64,000 nt of DNA from Eledone cirrhosa (GCA_964016885.1 OZ024746.1:98146001-98210000), one strand, 5' to 3'; positions 16,723 through 29,908 are shown, counted from the stretch's first letter. Notes: generated by a model not told the origin, from the letters alone. A program made the numbers and translations.

Positions 16723-16936
16723 GCGGTGGATTGGCAGTATCGGTAGATTTAGGGCGGTGGATTGGCAGTATCGGTAGAGGATCGAACGCCATGCTTTCCA
16801 GCATAGTTACGTCCCTTTACGATCTGAGTTCAAATCCCGCCGAGGTTGACTTTGCCTTTCATCCTTACGGGGTAGATAAAATAAAGTACCAGTAATGCAC
16901 TGGGAATTGCTGGCCTTGTGCCTAAAGTAGAAACAG
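16723..16936 (+). mobile_element. SINE A with duplicated head and ~18-bp target-site duplication
   Basis: GTTATGAATATTTACAGC on both sides; GCGGTGGATTGGCAGTATCGGTAGA twice. Confidence 0.92.
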
Positions 16937-17252
16937 TTATGAATATTTACAGCATTAGAGGACAGGTTTTTATGTGATGTAGTTGTAGTGTTGTTTTTCA
17001 CCATTCAAGAACGTCTTGTTTTAACATTCTCAGAAAATTCAGCAGAAATATTTTAAATATTTTTTTGAAATGCAAATGTTTGTATTATCTTTAATAGATC
17101 GTTGTAAAAATATTCAGTAGTAAGTTAAAGAGAATAATTCTATGTGACACAGTCGTGGCGCCGTTTTCTATTTTTTAAGAATGTGTTGCTATTGTGATTT
17201 CATGTGGTACAGAGTGTTCGGTGTGAAACATTTGAGTTCGAGAGTTAAATAT

Positions 17253-17826
17253 TTAGGCTACTTGAAATTCGCGATCGTATTCTTCCGCTCATTACCCAAG
17301 ATTCATGACCATAGGTAAGAGTTGGCACGAATACAGAATTGAAAATAGCGAGTTTGTCTTTTACACGCACCTCCCATCTTCTGATTACTGAATGCTGAAG
17401 CTGGTGCATTACTGCACCAGCTCCTGCAATTATTGCACTTAATTCAGCTTCCCGTAAACACGGCCCCGAAATACTTGAAGGGTCTTTGGAGTAACGTTAC
17501 TCAATAAAGTGCGTAGCTCGGAGATCAGAGAGTCACTCCAGGTAGAGCCACTACTTCTCCGAATTGAGAGATCACAGCTCTGATACTATGGACATGTGGT
17601 TAGAATGTCTCAGGAAACAATAGCTGGACAGATTTTACGGGCAAAACCAACCGGCAGGAGACCCAGGGGTAGACCCCAAGCAAGATGGTTGGATAACATC
17701 CATGAGCTTGGCTGGTCTTGCTTTGGGGATCCAGCCGGATAAGTTGGAGACTGTTGCTTCTGACAGAACCTGCTGGAAGGAGTGTTTGAGGACTCTGCCA
17801 CCACGACCCTCTCAGAAAGAAGAAGT
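17253..17826 (+). mobile_element. 5'-inverted RTE LINE insertion
   Basis: 17253-17480 reads FKYFG...KLAIFNSVFVPTLTYGHESW on minus; 17481-17826 continues VFGVTLLNKVRSSEIRESLQVEPLL...RPRGRPQARWLDNI on plus; TSD GTTAAATAT. Confidence 0.85.
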
Positions 17827-18514
17827 GTTAAATATATCACAGAGTCCTAACAGCTAAAGTATCTTATAACAGGAACTCAATTCGCTAGGAAATATTTCCT
17901 ACTGATAGAATACCTAATTATCTATAAAACTGCGTGATGTAGTAATAAGGATGTTCGGCTCACGAATATAAGGACATAAATTTGATTCCCCGGGGTGCCG
18001 GGGTGCCGGGGTGCCTTGTCACCTTCAACGCCATAGTTTCTTTCGAGTTTCTCAAACCCATTGTGCAGGAAAAATTAAGTTGTATTTGTTATTGAAAAGG
18101 CCAACTTTTTCATGCCGTGCATCAGGCTGCATCTATCTCAAAACTACATAAGAGTGCATGTGCCTGTAGAACACTTTGCCAACTGTTCTTGTTCTATTGA
18201 TCAGATAACTGGGACATTTGTCGTCGGAACTAACAGAGGTATAACATATCTATTATATTTATATCATCTGATAAATCAACATAATGCTGATTAGAATACG
18301 GGTTCCATTCCTAAAGGTTTTATTACTAACCACGTCCTGTAATGTTTGCATTCTCACATGGAGGTTATGTGACTTTCCAGATAAAACAATAGAGACATTT
18401 TTGAGATTTCAATCTGTTTGTGATAAAGAAAGCGAAGAAGCATCACCAAACAGATTATTGACAAGACACAACGATAAATTGAAAGATGCTGATAGAAGAA
18501 AACACTCATTCTCT

Positions 18515-18590
<76 letters not shown>

Positions 18591-18594
<4 letters not shown>

Positions 18595-21490
18595 CTTGAT
18601 CACCTTGACCGACCAGTCTGTCGGGCGTCCATTCGACGCCGCTGGTCACAGCACGCCGTCCATTCCTCTCTGGATCGTGATTTTCTCATCCATGTAGTCC
18701 CAATCGCAACTGCGCGGGTCCACCGATTATCGGTGAACCGGGCGACGTGTCCAGCCCATCTGAACTTGCTGCGCATATATTCCGTGATGACGTCCCTCAC
18801 GCCGGACTTCTGTCTGATGACTTCGCTCGTGATGTGCTCTCTCAACGAGATTCCTAGCATTGATCTCTCCATGGCTCTTTGAGCGGTTACCAGCCTCTGC
18901 CCTTCTCTCTTCGTAGCCCAAGTGTTACTGCCATATAACATTGCATGTAAAACTGTGCTATTGAAGAGGTTGGCGCGGGTGGTCTTGTCCAACCTCCTCT
19001 TGAACACATCCCTTATGCCGCTGAACGGCCCTTACTCTCCGCGAGATCTCCCTCTCAATGTCTCGGTACATGTTCACTTCTTGACCTAGGTAGACGTATT
19101 CCTCCACCTCCTCTATTTCATCACCGCCAACCACCATTCGACCTGTTGGTACGTTGTCGGACCGCATGAACTTCGTTTTCATGCGGTTCATCTTGAGGCC
19201 TACTGCAGAGCTTTTGATGTCGAGCTCCGTCAGCATGGTCTGAGGCTGATCCGTGGTTTCAGCGATGAGTACGATGTCATCAGCGAAACAGAGGTGCGTA
19301 AGTATCTCGCCGTTGGTGTTGACACCGCCTTGCCAGTCAATGCCTCTGATGATCTGCTCGAGACACGTGGTGAAAAGTTTTGGAGAGATCGTATCTCCTT
19401 GCTTCACTCCCTTCTCGACCGGCACTCGTACGGGTGATGACAGCAGAGCTATGTCGGTGGTGCATCTGGAACTCGCCTCCCTGGGCAGTTGAACGTATTG
19501 CGCTTCCACTCCTTGCCTCTGCAGCGAATTCAGCACTGCCTTGATTTCGACGCCGTCGAAGGCCTTCTTGTAGTCTACGAACGCGACGCAAAGAGGCATC
19601 TTGTACTCTTTCGCTCGCTCAAGCAGTTGTGTCAGAGTAAATATGTGGTCCATCGTGCTGTAGTTCTTCCGGAAGCCGGCTTGCTCTCTCGGTTGCTGTT
19701 CGTCCAGATGACGTGATAACTTGTTCAGGATTATCTTTGTGAACAGCTTGTACACGTGAGACAGCAGGCATATGGGTCGGTAGTTCTTCAGATCTTCTCT
19801 ATCGCCCTTCTTGTATAGCAGGATGGTATTCGACTCTTTCCACTGCGAGGGTATTCTTCCCTCGTCCAGATAGTGTGTGAATCGTTCGGCGAGGATTTTC
19901 CAGAGCTGCTCTCCGCCTGACTTCAACACCTCCGATGTTATGCCGTCTTTCCCTGGCGCCTTTCCGCTTTTCATCAAGCGGACGGCTCTTTCGACCTCAC
20001 CGACAAGGATGGGTGGCACATGTTCTTCCTGTTGGAGTAACTGCAACGGCTGCACATTCCCGGCAGACTTGAAGAGCTTGGTGTAAAAATCTTCGCAAAC
20101 CCTTTCCACCTCACTCTTATCGCTGACCGGTACTCCAGCTGCATCACATCTTATCTCTACATTGTCATGTCCCTCTTGCATTTCTTGAGGCTCTTCTTTT
20201 CCTTTGCGGCCTTCAGGAGCTTCTCCATCCGGTATGCCTCGAAGTCTCTCTTCAGTTGTTGACGTATCACTCTGCTGAGAATGGAATATTCGAGGTGATC
20301 TTCAGGTGTCCTCTTCATATTCTTCCTCTTCTCAAGCAACTTCATAGTTTCCTCCGAGACTCTTTCCTTCCGCTCCCTCGGGCACCCACCCTTAGCCTTC
20401 CTCAAGCACTCCTCCAGTTTCCTTATCAGTGAGTCGTAGTCAGCGTCTATGCCGTCTCCTTGACGCCAGTTTTCCTGCATGATGGCTTCCTGCAGCTGCG
20501 CCTCGTTGAAGACCCGGCGCGTTCTCCCTTCGACGCCAAATGCAGCGCCTTCTTCTCCCTCGTCCGATCGATGACGACCTTCGCCCTCACCAGACGATGA
20601 TCACTGCCAGTGTTGAATGGCGTTATGATGGAGACGTCCTGCAGTATGCGTCGCTTGTCGACCAAGATGTTGTCGATCTCGTTTCGGTGCTCAGAATTTG
20701 GCGATACTCCTACTTCTTCCTGAATAGGCTGTTTCCGATGTAGAGCCGTCTCGCCTCCGCCATGGTGACCAGACGCTCTCCTCTCTCATTTGGCTCTCCT
20801 AGGCCGAATCTTCCGACATACTCTTCCCCTGGCCGTCCTTGTTCGACCTTTGTGTTGAAGTCTCACATCACGACGGTGTAAGTGGACTTCACAGCTAGCA
20901 CTTTGTCTAGCTGGTGATAGAATTCTTCCACTTCATCGTCGTCGCTGGCACTTGTGGGAGCGTGGGTCTGGACGATCTTGAGGGTGGCCTTCCCTGAGAG
21001 GTTCACGTTCAGTACACCAATCCGTGACGATATGAACTGGCCAGAAGCGACCCTCGAAGCCCATTCCTTGCTTACGATGAACCCTATACCTCCGACCGAT
21101 CTGGCACCCTCTGCTTTCCCGAGTCTCACGGCGCATCCATCTTGCCATCGCGAACTCGCCTCCTTCTTCTGGCGGGTCTCGCACATCCCTAACACGTCGC
21201 ACCTGATCTTCTTCTTCTCCTCCATTAGGTGGTTCAGTCCTTGCCCCCCCCCCCCCTCCTGCCAAAGCCCTGCAGTTGTAGGTGCATATGGCAAGGTTAG
21301 TCCTGTTCTTTGGCGGCCTTCGGGAACCTTTGATTCTTAGCAGCCTCTCGTTGCTCGGGTTGCACTCCGCCGTCGTGGAGTGGCCTGATTGACGCGCAGG
21401 GCACTGAGGCCCTTTTCTTCGTGCTGTTTTAACAATAAGATGACGCCATCCCACTGGCTGGGCGGGCAGGCCGGTACCTCTTCAGTTTAG
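18591..21490 (-). pseudogene. Near full-length RTE-clade LINE (APE endonuclease plus RT), multiple frameshifts
   Basis: ICTYNCRAL, TPFNTGSDHRLV (APE); YRPICLL, FVDYKKAFD, GVKQGDTISPKLF, LCFADDIVL (RT); 3' tandem tail TCAAGGTGA next to (TA)n. Confidence 0.96.
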
Positions 21491-21679
21491 CTAGCTTTTG
21501 AACTCTAGAAGATAATGAATCATCTCTAGAACCAATAGCCAGGACATGAGTCCCGCTACCATAACTATCAGACAGCCAGGGTCACCGCTGCACCACTTTT
21601 GAGGCCTGAAGTAGGATTTTGCAGAGGATATATATATATACATATACAGGATCCGAACATAAAAGAAACAACCTCCCAC

Positions 21680-21845
21680 TGTCCCTGCCTCCGTATCTCC
21701 CGTTCTCCCCATTTCTCACTATTGTGAGCAAATGGGGCCCAAGTGTTGGCCGCCCCGTGCCCCCAGCGGATATAATAGATAAGGCATTTCCCTGGAGGGT
21801 GGTGAGGGAGAGGCGATGGAAGAGCCATTCCAATTCATGAGGCTG
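21680..21845 (+). repeat. Unclassified interspersed repeat family X
   Basis: CTGCCTCCGT...CTCACTATTGTGAGCAAATGGGGCCC...GGTGAGGGAGA shared with 28540-28766, 46335-47016, 53395-54077, 55199-55302. Confidence 0.75.
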
Positions 21846-21949
21846 TTTGGAGGTTATGATAAATTTTAGAAAACAAAATAAGAATTTGTTTTTTCGCTCT
21901 AACATAGCGGCTACGTAAATGCATTCGTGAGTTTTATATCGAATGATAA

Positions 21950-22138
21950 TAATATTCGATTCGTTTACAAGCAAACAGACTCATTACGCCATGTTTCTTA
22001 GATGACCATCACCATCGTTATGTTCTAGCGGTGACAGATTGTTTCGCTCTCTTACCGCTAGAACAAAAAAAATGGCGATGATCATCTAAAAACCGTAGCG
22101 TAATGAGTCTGTTTGCTTGTAAACGAATTGAATATTCT
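21950..22138. repeat. Hairpin (fold-back) element
   Basis: AATATTCGATTCGTTTACAAGCAAACAGACTCATTACGC...GCGTAATGAGTCTGTTTGCTTGTAAACGAATTGAATATT. Confidence 0.85.
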
Positions 22139-22560
22139 TAAAGATATTCATGTTAAGGCATGGCTGTGTGTTTAAAGAATTTGGCTCGCAACCTCGTGGT
22201 TTCACGTTCAGTGACAATACGTGACAAATTGAACAAGTGTCTTTAAATATAGTATCGATTAGAGGGAAATTGCATAAACCCAGAGTTTTACAAAGGAGAT
22301 CGATAAAATAAGTAACAGGCTCAAATAAATAACTCCCAGTGATGATGTAATTGATTAAATTCTAAAGGTGGGGCCTTAGCTTGGAAGCAGTCTAATGCCT
22401 GAAACTATGACAGGAACCTAGAATATAAATGCCGCTTATGAAGTGAAATTGCTACAATAATCTATATAGAATCTGTAGTGTATATAGAGATATTACCTTT
22501 TCTCGTCGGCAAAAACGTTGTTCTAAAACAGAGATACTCAAAGTGGGCGCTTGGTGGAGG

Positions 22561-23250
22561 GAAAAGCCAACTATTTTGGTGGAGGGGAAAGTCGGTTAAA
22601 TCGACCCCAGTGCGTAACTGGTACTTGATTTTATCAACCCCGTTAAGATGAAAGGCAAAGTTAACCTCGGCGGGATTTGAACTCAGATCATAAAGGGCCG
22701 TCACTCTATGCTGCAAAGCATGGCGTCAGACTCTCTACTGATACTGCCAATCCACCGGCTTTGTGAGATAGATAATACAGTGGAAAAATCGAAGTTAGAC
22801 AGCAAAATAAATTAATCACCATTAACAGGATAGGTTAATAAGATAGTTAATTAATAATACAATTAGTGGGCTCGTCTAGATTGATTTCCGGTCACATGAT
22901 ATATATAATGAGGCATGGATTAATTAAAACAAAGTAATAGAAATCAGTAAATCTAAATATAACATTTTTATGCATAAAGACTAATCAATAATTGTGGATG
23001 CCGGTAGATGGAGCCCTACTCTTAGGAGTGGGGACAAAGAAAGGAAGGTTAATCTGGAATGAGAATAATGGGGACGAAATAAATATGCTAATAATAATAG
23101 TTTCTACTTTCGGTACAAGGCCAGCAATTATCCGAGTGTATTACTGGTACTTTATTTTATCGACTCCGTAAGGATGAAAGGCAAAGTTAACCTCGGCAAG
23201 ATTTGAACTCATACCATAAAGGGCGTCTGACTCTCTACCGATACTGCCAA
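22561..23250 (-). mobile_element. Two SINE A copies (22561-22757, 23097-23250)
   Basis: A and B boxes plus core on the minus strand. Confidence 0.88.
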
Positions 23251-23560
23251 TGTCAAATATATGGGTTAACGATGAGAGTAGATGGACAGTTTGAAGTGTT
23301 TATATGTGTGGCTGTGGTCTTAGATCCGCATGAAGAACAGCGTTTAAAAAATCTTTGCCGTAGCGGTCGTTTGGCGAGCAATATTTCCAAACATTCAGAG
23401 GTATATAAATCACAAGGTTTACTACCTCCTGTATATGATCTTGCTCTTCTTAATATCTTCCAGCCCGTTGGCCCTATACATGGGCAGCGAGTGCTGTTTG
23501 TGTTGTCTTATTTTGTTATTGAAGTTAATAGATATACATATATCAGCGAGTATAGAGTGA

Positions 23561-23800
23561 AGGCGCGTGGCTGAGTTGTTAGAGAATTAGATTCGCAATT
23601 GTGAGGTTGTGAGTTCGATTCCTGGACCGGGCGATGCGTTATGTCCTTGAGCAAGACACTTTATTTCACGTTGCTCCTTCTACCTGGAGTTGCGACCGAT
23701 AGATAGTATTAGCAATTAGAAAGACCAACGGAAACATTGTTTCCTCGGTCCGATTTGACGGAAGTCGATCGACTGTCGACTGTCGATATCAGTGAGTTTT
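23561..23800 (+). mobile_element. tRNA-derived SINE family B (CORE-like); relatives at ~17935-18240, 30745-30830, 36580-36780, 44756-45075
   Basis: B-box GAGTTCGATTCC followed by TGTCCTTGAGCAAGACACTTTATTTCACGTTGCTCC. Confidence 0.75.
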
Positions 23801-24116
23801 GAATGTAATGGACATCATTCCGTTGTAGGCCTTCACATTTATACACGATATCATTAGTTACGCACTATGTGTCTTCCTTCCGAGAAATTCCACTGTATTC
23901 TTCATCCAATATACTGACCAAATAAACTTCATGACTTTCCTCCCCCTGCTCCATCGTCGTCGTCGCTTTTTGTCGCATCGACAGTTTGAAAAACAGATCG
24001 ATAATGGAGTCGGGTCCATAACTTCTATGGATGAGCCAATCCTCTGCGAAATGTGAGTAACAGGTCGATACTCAATAAATTTCTAAATACATGTAAAAGA
24101 AAGTTCATCGTCCTTA

Positions 24117-24161
<45 letters not shown>

Positions 24162-24191
24162 AGATCAAAAGATGGTTAAAAGAGTTCCAAG

Positions 24192-24262
24192 TATTTTATT
24201 ATGCGCATTTCAAAAACAAATATCATCATGAGATGATATCTCCGTTTTCATCAGATAAAATA
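24192..24262 (-). ncRNA. Minimal type-I hammerhead ribozyme in a PLE-type terminal fragment (~24160-24660)
   Basis: tattttat-CTGATGA-aaacggagatatcatc/gatgatatttgttttt-GAAA-tgcgca-TA-ataaaata. Confidence 0.85.
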
Positions 24263-24654
24263 GGGATACATGATATGAAGGTTAAAAAGCACTTGTGAAT
24301 AGTGAAGTTTTAAATCAACATATGTATATATATATATATATATTGGAAAATGTGTGTAATCCTTGGTACAGTTAGGTATATTAAGACAGGGGGGAAGAAA
24401 AAATGGCTTCACTTGTGCTTTCAACAAATTTATTTTCTTCACAAAATCCAAAAAGAATTTTTCTTAAAAAAAATTATTTTATAAATTAAGTTGTTGGTTG
24501 TTGGTTAGGTCTTAGGAGTTCTTGGTTAACGTAGGAGGTATTGTTTCGTTTTTAGAAAGACCTTTCACGCTGAGGTGCGCTTGTCAAACTGATGTGTATG
24601 TGGTGTGTTGTTCTATATATAGGGATTTAACATGTCTGTGGTGTGGTGGGGGTT

Positions 24655-24694
<40 letters not shown>

Positions 24695-25715
24695 GTGTGT
24701 GTGTATGCATGTATGTGTGTGTGAGTGTATGTATGCATGTGTGTGTGTGAGTGTGTGTGTGTATATTTGTGTGTACACGTGTGTGTATATGTATGTGTGT
24801 GTATGTATGTGTGTGTGTGTGTGTGCATATGCGTGTATGTATGTGAATGTATATGTATGTGTGTGTATATATATATGTGTGTGTATGTATATGTATGGGT
24901 GTGTGTGCATATGCGTGTATGTATGTGTATGTATATGTATGTATATATATATATATATATGTGTGTGTGTATAGTATCGCTATAGGATTTCCTAAATATT
25001 ATCTGAGCTAATCAGAAGCACATCATTAATAACTATGCAGCTGTAAAATCAGATAACCTATTTACAGGAAGCCATATAGAAGGAAAGCTAACTGTTTGAA
25101 CTGTTTGCCCAGAAATGCTGGAGGACAACTCTTCATTACAGCCAGAGTATAACTACACGTCCTATTAGGATGATCGATGTTAGACGCCATTTTAGAGGAA
25201 TCGTTTCCGCTGTTCGAAATAGCGCCAATCGTAACAGCTGAAAAGACATAATTTTATTGTAGCTAAGGATTCTCACTCTAAATTATTTATTGATAAATGA
25301 TTCTGTTTCTAGTGTTCAAATAAACACCTGTCGTTTTAAAGATTTTCTATAACTTACGACGACTTATTCAAAAATATAACTTTCTCCTAGCATTGATAAT
25401 TCGATGTTAAAGAAACAAATGGTCGTGGGGGATATCAAGACAAAATTAAACTCGACTTTCTTTCTTTTTGCCTCCACTGTATTGTAAATGGTGGGGGCGC
25501 GATGTGAACGCCATTTCTTTTTTTTAGGTGTGTGTGTGTGTGTAGGAGGTGGGGAGGGCGTCAGATAATCGAAATTCAATAAGTAAAATCAACTTATAGA
25601 AAATAGGGAATACATTTATTGTAAAAAAAACTAGCAGAGGTACCCGGCGCGTTGCCCGGAATAACTCTCAATGGAGTAGTCGTTCAAATGAACCGAAAGA
25701 CTTCCGTTAAACACG

Positions 25716-26120
25716 TAACAATTTATAGGTGTTGGCCCTAAAGAGGGCCTTTGAACGTTCACTTTGAAATATCTCTGCGGCGGTGCTGCCAGCAAAGACG
25801 AATCCGATGGTAACAATTTATAGTTGGTGGTTCTAAAGAGAGCCTTGGATCGTTCAATCTTAAAAGTCTCAGCGGCAGTGCTGCCAGCAAAGACGAATCC
25901 AGCGATAACAATTTATAGTTGGTGGCCCTGAAGAGGGCCATCTAACGTTCACTTTGAAATATCTCAGCGGCGGTGCTGCCAGCAAAGATGAATCCGATGG
26001 TAACAATTTAAACTTGGTGGCCCTGAAGAGGGCCTTGGATAGTTCACGCTTAAAATTCCCAGCGGCAGAGCTGTCAGCAAAGACGACTCCGATTAGAGGT
26101 GGTGGCCCTTAAGAAGCCCT
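25716..26120. repeat. ~95-bp tandem repeat (~4 units) in the Helitron 3' region
   Basis: TAACAATTTATAG...GGCCC...CAGCAAAGACGAATCC repeated. Confidence 0.9.
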
Positions 26121-26505
26121 TCACACCACTTTGGTGTGTCGTATTTGCTTTGCTTGTTATTTGAGATTGTAACCTAGAAAAGCATGTAACAATCGGTGGC
26201 CACAAAAACGGCCTTGGCAAGATCACGCTGGAATGTCAAAAAAATGTGTAAATAAGATGTAGGGAAAAATAGATTAATTAGGTTAAAACTACGGAATATC
26301 GATAGCAAAGCGTAATAGCAACATATAAATGCGGAAAATGGAGACATTGAACATTTATAACGTATAGCAAAAGCAACCCCAGAGGCGTACGTGGTATTGT
26401 CAAAAGGACAAAAATAGCACACGGATACAGCAAATGTAAGCCCTTGCACAAAAAAACAGCGATTACTTGTTGGCGGATGGAGTGCCTACAAAACTTCCTT
26501 CTAGA

Positions 26506-27024
26506 CTATATTTTGGGTTTTCTCGCGAGTTGCAAAAGCAAATAGGTTATGTCGGCTCCCATTCGAGAGCAGCCAACATATAGTTGACCATGGGAGAAGC
26601 ACGGCTCTTCTAAATTAAGCCCTACAACCGTCAGCGTCTGACCCTGTGATTTGTTAATCGACATGGCGAAACTGTGTCGGAGAGGGAATTGCAGCCTTCT
26701 GAATGTGAAAGGAATGTCTTTACCGGATGGAATGAGAGGTATCCTTGGTATGAAGACAGTATCCCCCTTACCACATCCTGTAAGTATTGTTGCCTCAATA
26801 ACATGAGGCATCGCCTTTTGGACGACCAGACGCGTGCTGTTGGGAAACCTTCGGGGTTCCAAATTCCTGAGGAGTATGACAGGGGCACCTTTCTTAAGTC
26901 GCAGTAAGTGTGGTGGCAATCCGGGAGGGTCTAGGGAGTTAAGAAATGCTGTGGGGTAATTAACAACTTCGTCCGGATCAGCCATAGATTCAAGGGACTT
27001 GTAGACGTGCAGGTTTCCAGGCAA
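26506..27024 (-). pseudogene. Helitron PIF1-like helicase C-terminal fragment
   Basis: FLNSLDPPGLPPHLLRLKKGAPVILLRNL; RRLQFPLRHSFAMSINKSQGQTL; FSHGQLYVGCSR. Confidence 0.95.
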
Positions 27025-27029
27025 GCACA

Positions 27030-27650
27030 GCGTAGTCGGAGGAGGGGTCGTAGTTAAAGGCCTTCAACAACCCTCGTGAATTGCAAGTCCTAGAAATGCC
27101 ACGTAACGATGATCGCTGCTGTTCACTTTGCAGAAGTCGACCACGTCGTTGCTCTATGGTTTCAGTATTTCGTGCAGAAGCAGTGTCAGAGGCGTCCCTG
27201 CTTCGTCGAACGGCGCGTCATCCTTCAACCTCTCGAGCGCGAGCAGCGGCTGTTGCAGTGGCGTCCCTGCTTCGTCGAACGGAACGTCGTCCTTCATCCT
27301 CTCGCGCGCGAGCAACGGATGTTGCAGTGGCGTTCCTTCTTCGTCGAACGGCGCGTCGTCCTTCATCCTCTCGCGCGCGAGCAACGGATGTTGCAGTGGC
27401 GTCCCTTCTTCGTCGAACGGAACGTCGTCCTTCATCCTCTCGAGCACGAGCAGCACTAGTCGCGGCAGCATCTTTGTTCCGTCAAAGTTCACGCCGACTG
27501 TCATCTTCCTCCGTTCTTGCAGCTGCCGTCTGCACAGTATTCTGTGAGAGCCTGATCGCAGTCGCATTTACATCTTCGGTGAGACGTCTTCGCTTAGACC
27601 TACTTGCATCATTAAATAATCGACCAATGAATGTTCTTTTCTTGCGGGGC
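27030..27650 (-). pseudogene. Helitron ORF N-terminus with 60-bp (20-aa) charged repeats
   Basis: MPRKKRTFIGR... followed by AREDEGRRSVRRRRDATATSVAR repeats and FNYDP. Confidence 0.7.
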
Positions 27651-27859
27651 ATTGTTTTTAGAAAACTAACCAAGGAGACGATAAATAGTGGACAAATAAC
27701 GTTTAAGTAAGAAAATCTAAACAAGGATATAAATTGTGAAAATAATGTGATAAATCTATGTGGTTTGAGAAAGTGGGTATGTTTTGCAAGATTTTGTGTA
27801 CCAGTCAAATTTCAGGTTTTAAGTTAGGGGCAACGCAGCGTACGGACTACCTGTGATAA

Positions 27860-28150
27860 AGGAAATTAAATAGTATGAATACCTTGGGTCTTAAATGTGG
27901 GACTAAATCCTGGTGCTTTAATCTCTTTGCAACCAATTGAAGCTAAGGCAAGCACATTGTTATATGCCCGTATCTTATGGAGAAAAGAATTTCCTGCTTG
28001 AGTGATATCGAAATATTTCAGTATATTTGGTAGAGGAGGAGGAGGAAGTTGAGGGAGTTTCACTTTTCCCTGGCAGCAGCACAGAGATTTGGGTTCATGT
28101 GGCCAGCGATAAGCTTTTCAGTGCGGACAAACAGAGGCAAAGAGACTCCC
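27860..28150 (-). pseudogene. Helitron Rep N-terminal Cys-rich fragment
   Basis: LCCCQGKVKLPQLPPPP...FLHKIRAYNNVLALASIG...PTFKTQG. Confidence 0.85.
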
Positions 28151-28539
28151 TGCATTATGTTGTGGCATTATGGAAAGAACAGTTTGCTCTTGGAAAGGTT
28201 CATCTGTAGGATTCTTTACCAGACGTTCAATTGACCTGTTCCTTCCTCTCTGAACGTTTGGTGTATTTGTTGCAAGTTGGAAATAGGGTTGGGGTTACTG
28301 AGCGTATTACGTAGCCCCCCCCCCGGGGGGGGGGGGGGGGCTCCAAAAGTTTGTGAACTTCAGGTTTAGTCGATGACTAATATATCTACCATCATACATA
28401 TTTTAATCTGGTTCTTATTTCATCGACCTCTGTTTGTTGAATCACTAAGTTACGGCACATAAAACACAATAATATAAACACCCTCGGTTTTTCGACTGTA
28501 AAAATCTCCATAGGTACATAAAGTCACATACATATAAAC

Positions 28540-28766
28540 AGTAGAGACTTCTGGTGTTCTTGGCCCTAGGACCACCTACCTACTCACTACCATCGCCACG
28601 AAGTTGGCTGCTACACGCATGTGAGACCCTCGCGAGCAGGAATGGCGCTTCCAACACATCTCCCTCACCATGCACCATGCATAGTGGAAGATGGGGAGAG
28701 CAAGAGAGACGGAGGCAGTGAGCGGAAGATTGAGAACATCAACGCTCACACGTACTTGATAAGACA
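28540..28766 (-). repeat. Family X copy
   Basis: Reverse complement matches 46335-46680 with internal deletions. Confidence 0.8.
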
Positions 28767-28773
28767 TCTAAAC

Positions 28774-28991
28774 CAGGCATGTCAAACTGAGGGTCACCTG
28801 AGGGCCACATGGGTTTCATATGTGTTGTCTGAGGGCCACACACGACAATAAATTGCACACATTACAACTAATTTTTTTATTTTATATTACGAAGATAAAA
28901 CATGCCCGCGCTCTAAAAACCTTTGTGCGGGTCGCAGGTCTGCTTGTAAAGCGCAGCATGCAGTCTGCGGGCCGCATGTTTGCCATGCCTG
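28774..28991. mobile_element. hAT-type MITE
   Basis: TIR CAGGCATG(T/G)CAAAC; exact 8-bp TSD ATCTAAAC. Confidence 0.92.
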
Positions 28992-29871
28992 ATCTAAACT
29001 ATTTAGCTGTTTGCATTAGGCGTTCTATTGCATATAAACGTACAAATATACATATATACAAAGAGTTAGGTATTATGAAGGAGTCACTCTACTTCCCCAA
29101 GTATCGAGTGCTCTGATGAGAAATGGTCTAACAGGTTTTTACTGCATCCATTCTGATTTATATGCAAAAAAAATATATTGAAAGATATTTCCACAGGGTA
29201 CCAGGCTGTGGATCAAACGTGAAACCTCCTAGTTGCGAATTTGTTAACCACACAGTTATTCCAAGACATTTATATGGCTTGTATATGAAATTACTTCGAA
29301 ATTCATTATGTTGGCATATTTTGTAACTGAAGTAGTTCTAGACACATTTCAAGATATAAGTAAGCTAGATAATGGAAATACTCATTGAGCTGCTGTTTCA
29401 AAGTGTTGGATGTTACAGTCGCATATATCGTCAGATGTTGATCTAATATATTAAATACAGAGAAACATTATTTATTGTAGCTCTATGTTCTCAGTATTTA
29501 TGACTTATTTGCTGAATAGTAGACTAGATTCAAACACCAAAGGCACCAGTTGGATGGAATTTTATCTACACTATAAAATTAAATCTCCAAAGCAGAATAA
29601 ATTAAATACTTTCTCCCAGAGAAGCAGTTAGAGAAGATGACCATTCAGAGCTATATTATCCATTTGTTGTTTTAAATAAAGCGATCAAGCGTTTTATAGA
29701 TAAATGGCGGTAACATATTCTTACTTGTAATGTTCCATTTACATTCACCATGTAATGAAGGGTTTCATACCAAGAGATTTTACTTCTGCAAAACTAATCA
29801 TAAATTCTGAGCTCAAATGTATAAAGATATTTCTATATTATATAATATATATTTATAGAGGTTTATGTATA

Positions 29872-29908
<37 letters not shown>

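Larger units (their letters stand above)
25631..28310 (-). mobile_element. Internally deleted and rearranged Helitron
   Basis: 3' hairpin CCGGGCAACGCGCCGG plus CTAG at 25631; helicase and Rep N-terminal coding remnants; 5' end uncertain. Confidence 0.9.

Noticed and set aside
26506-27024. Host PIF1 gene
   Set aside because: Partial, and embedded between Helitron Rep remnants and a Helitron 3' hairpin/CTAG end
29370-29715. Coding-like stretches here and at ~47656-47880 and ~54480-54800
   Set aside because: Short or stop-interrupted, with no motif I can recognise; unsupported without a BLASTX search
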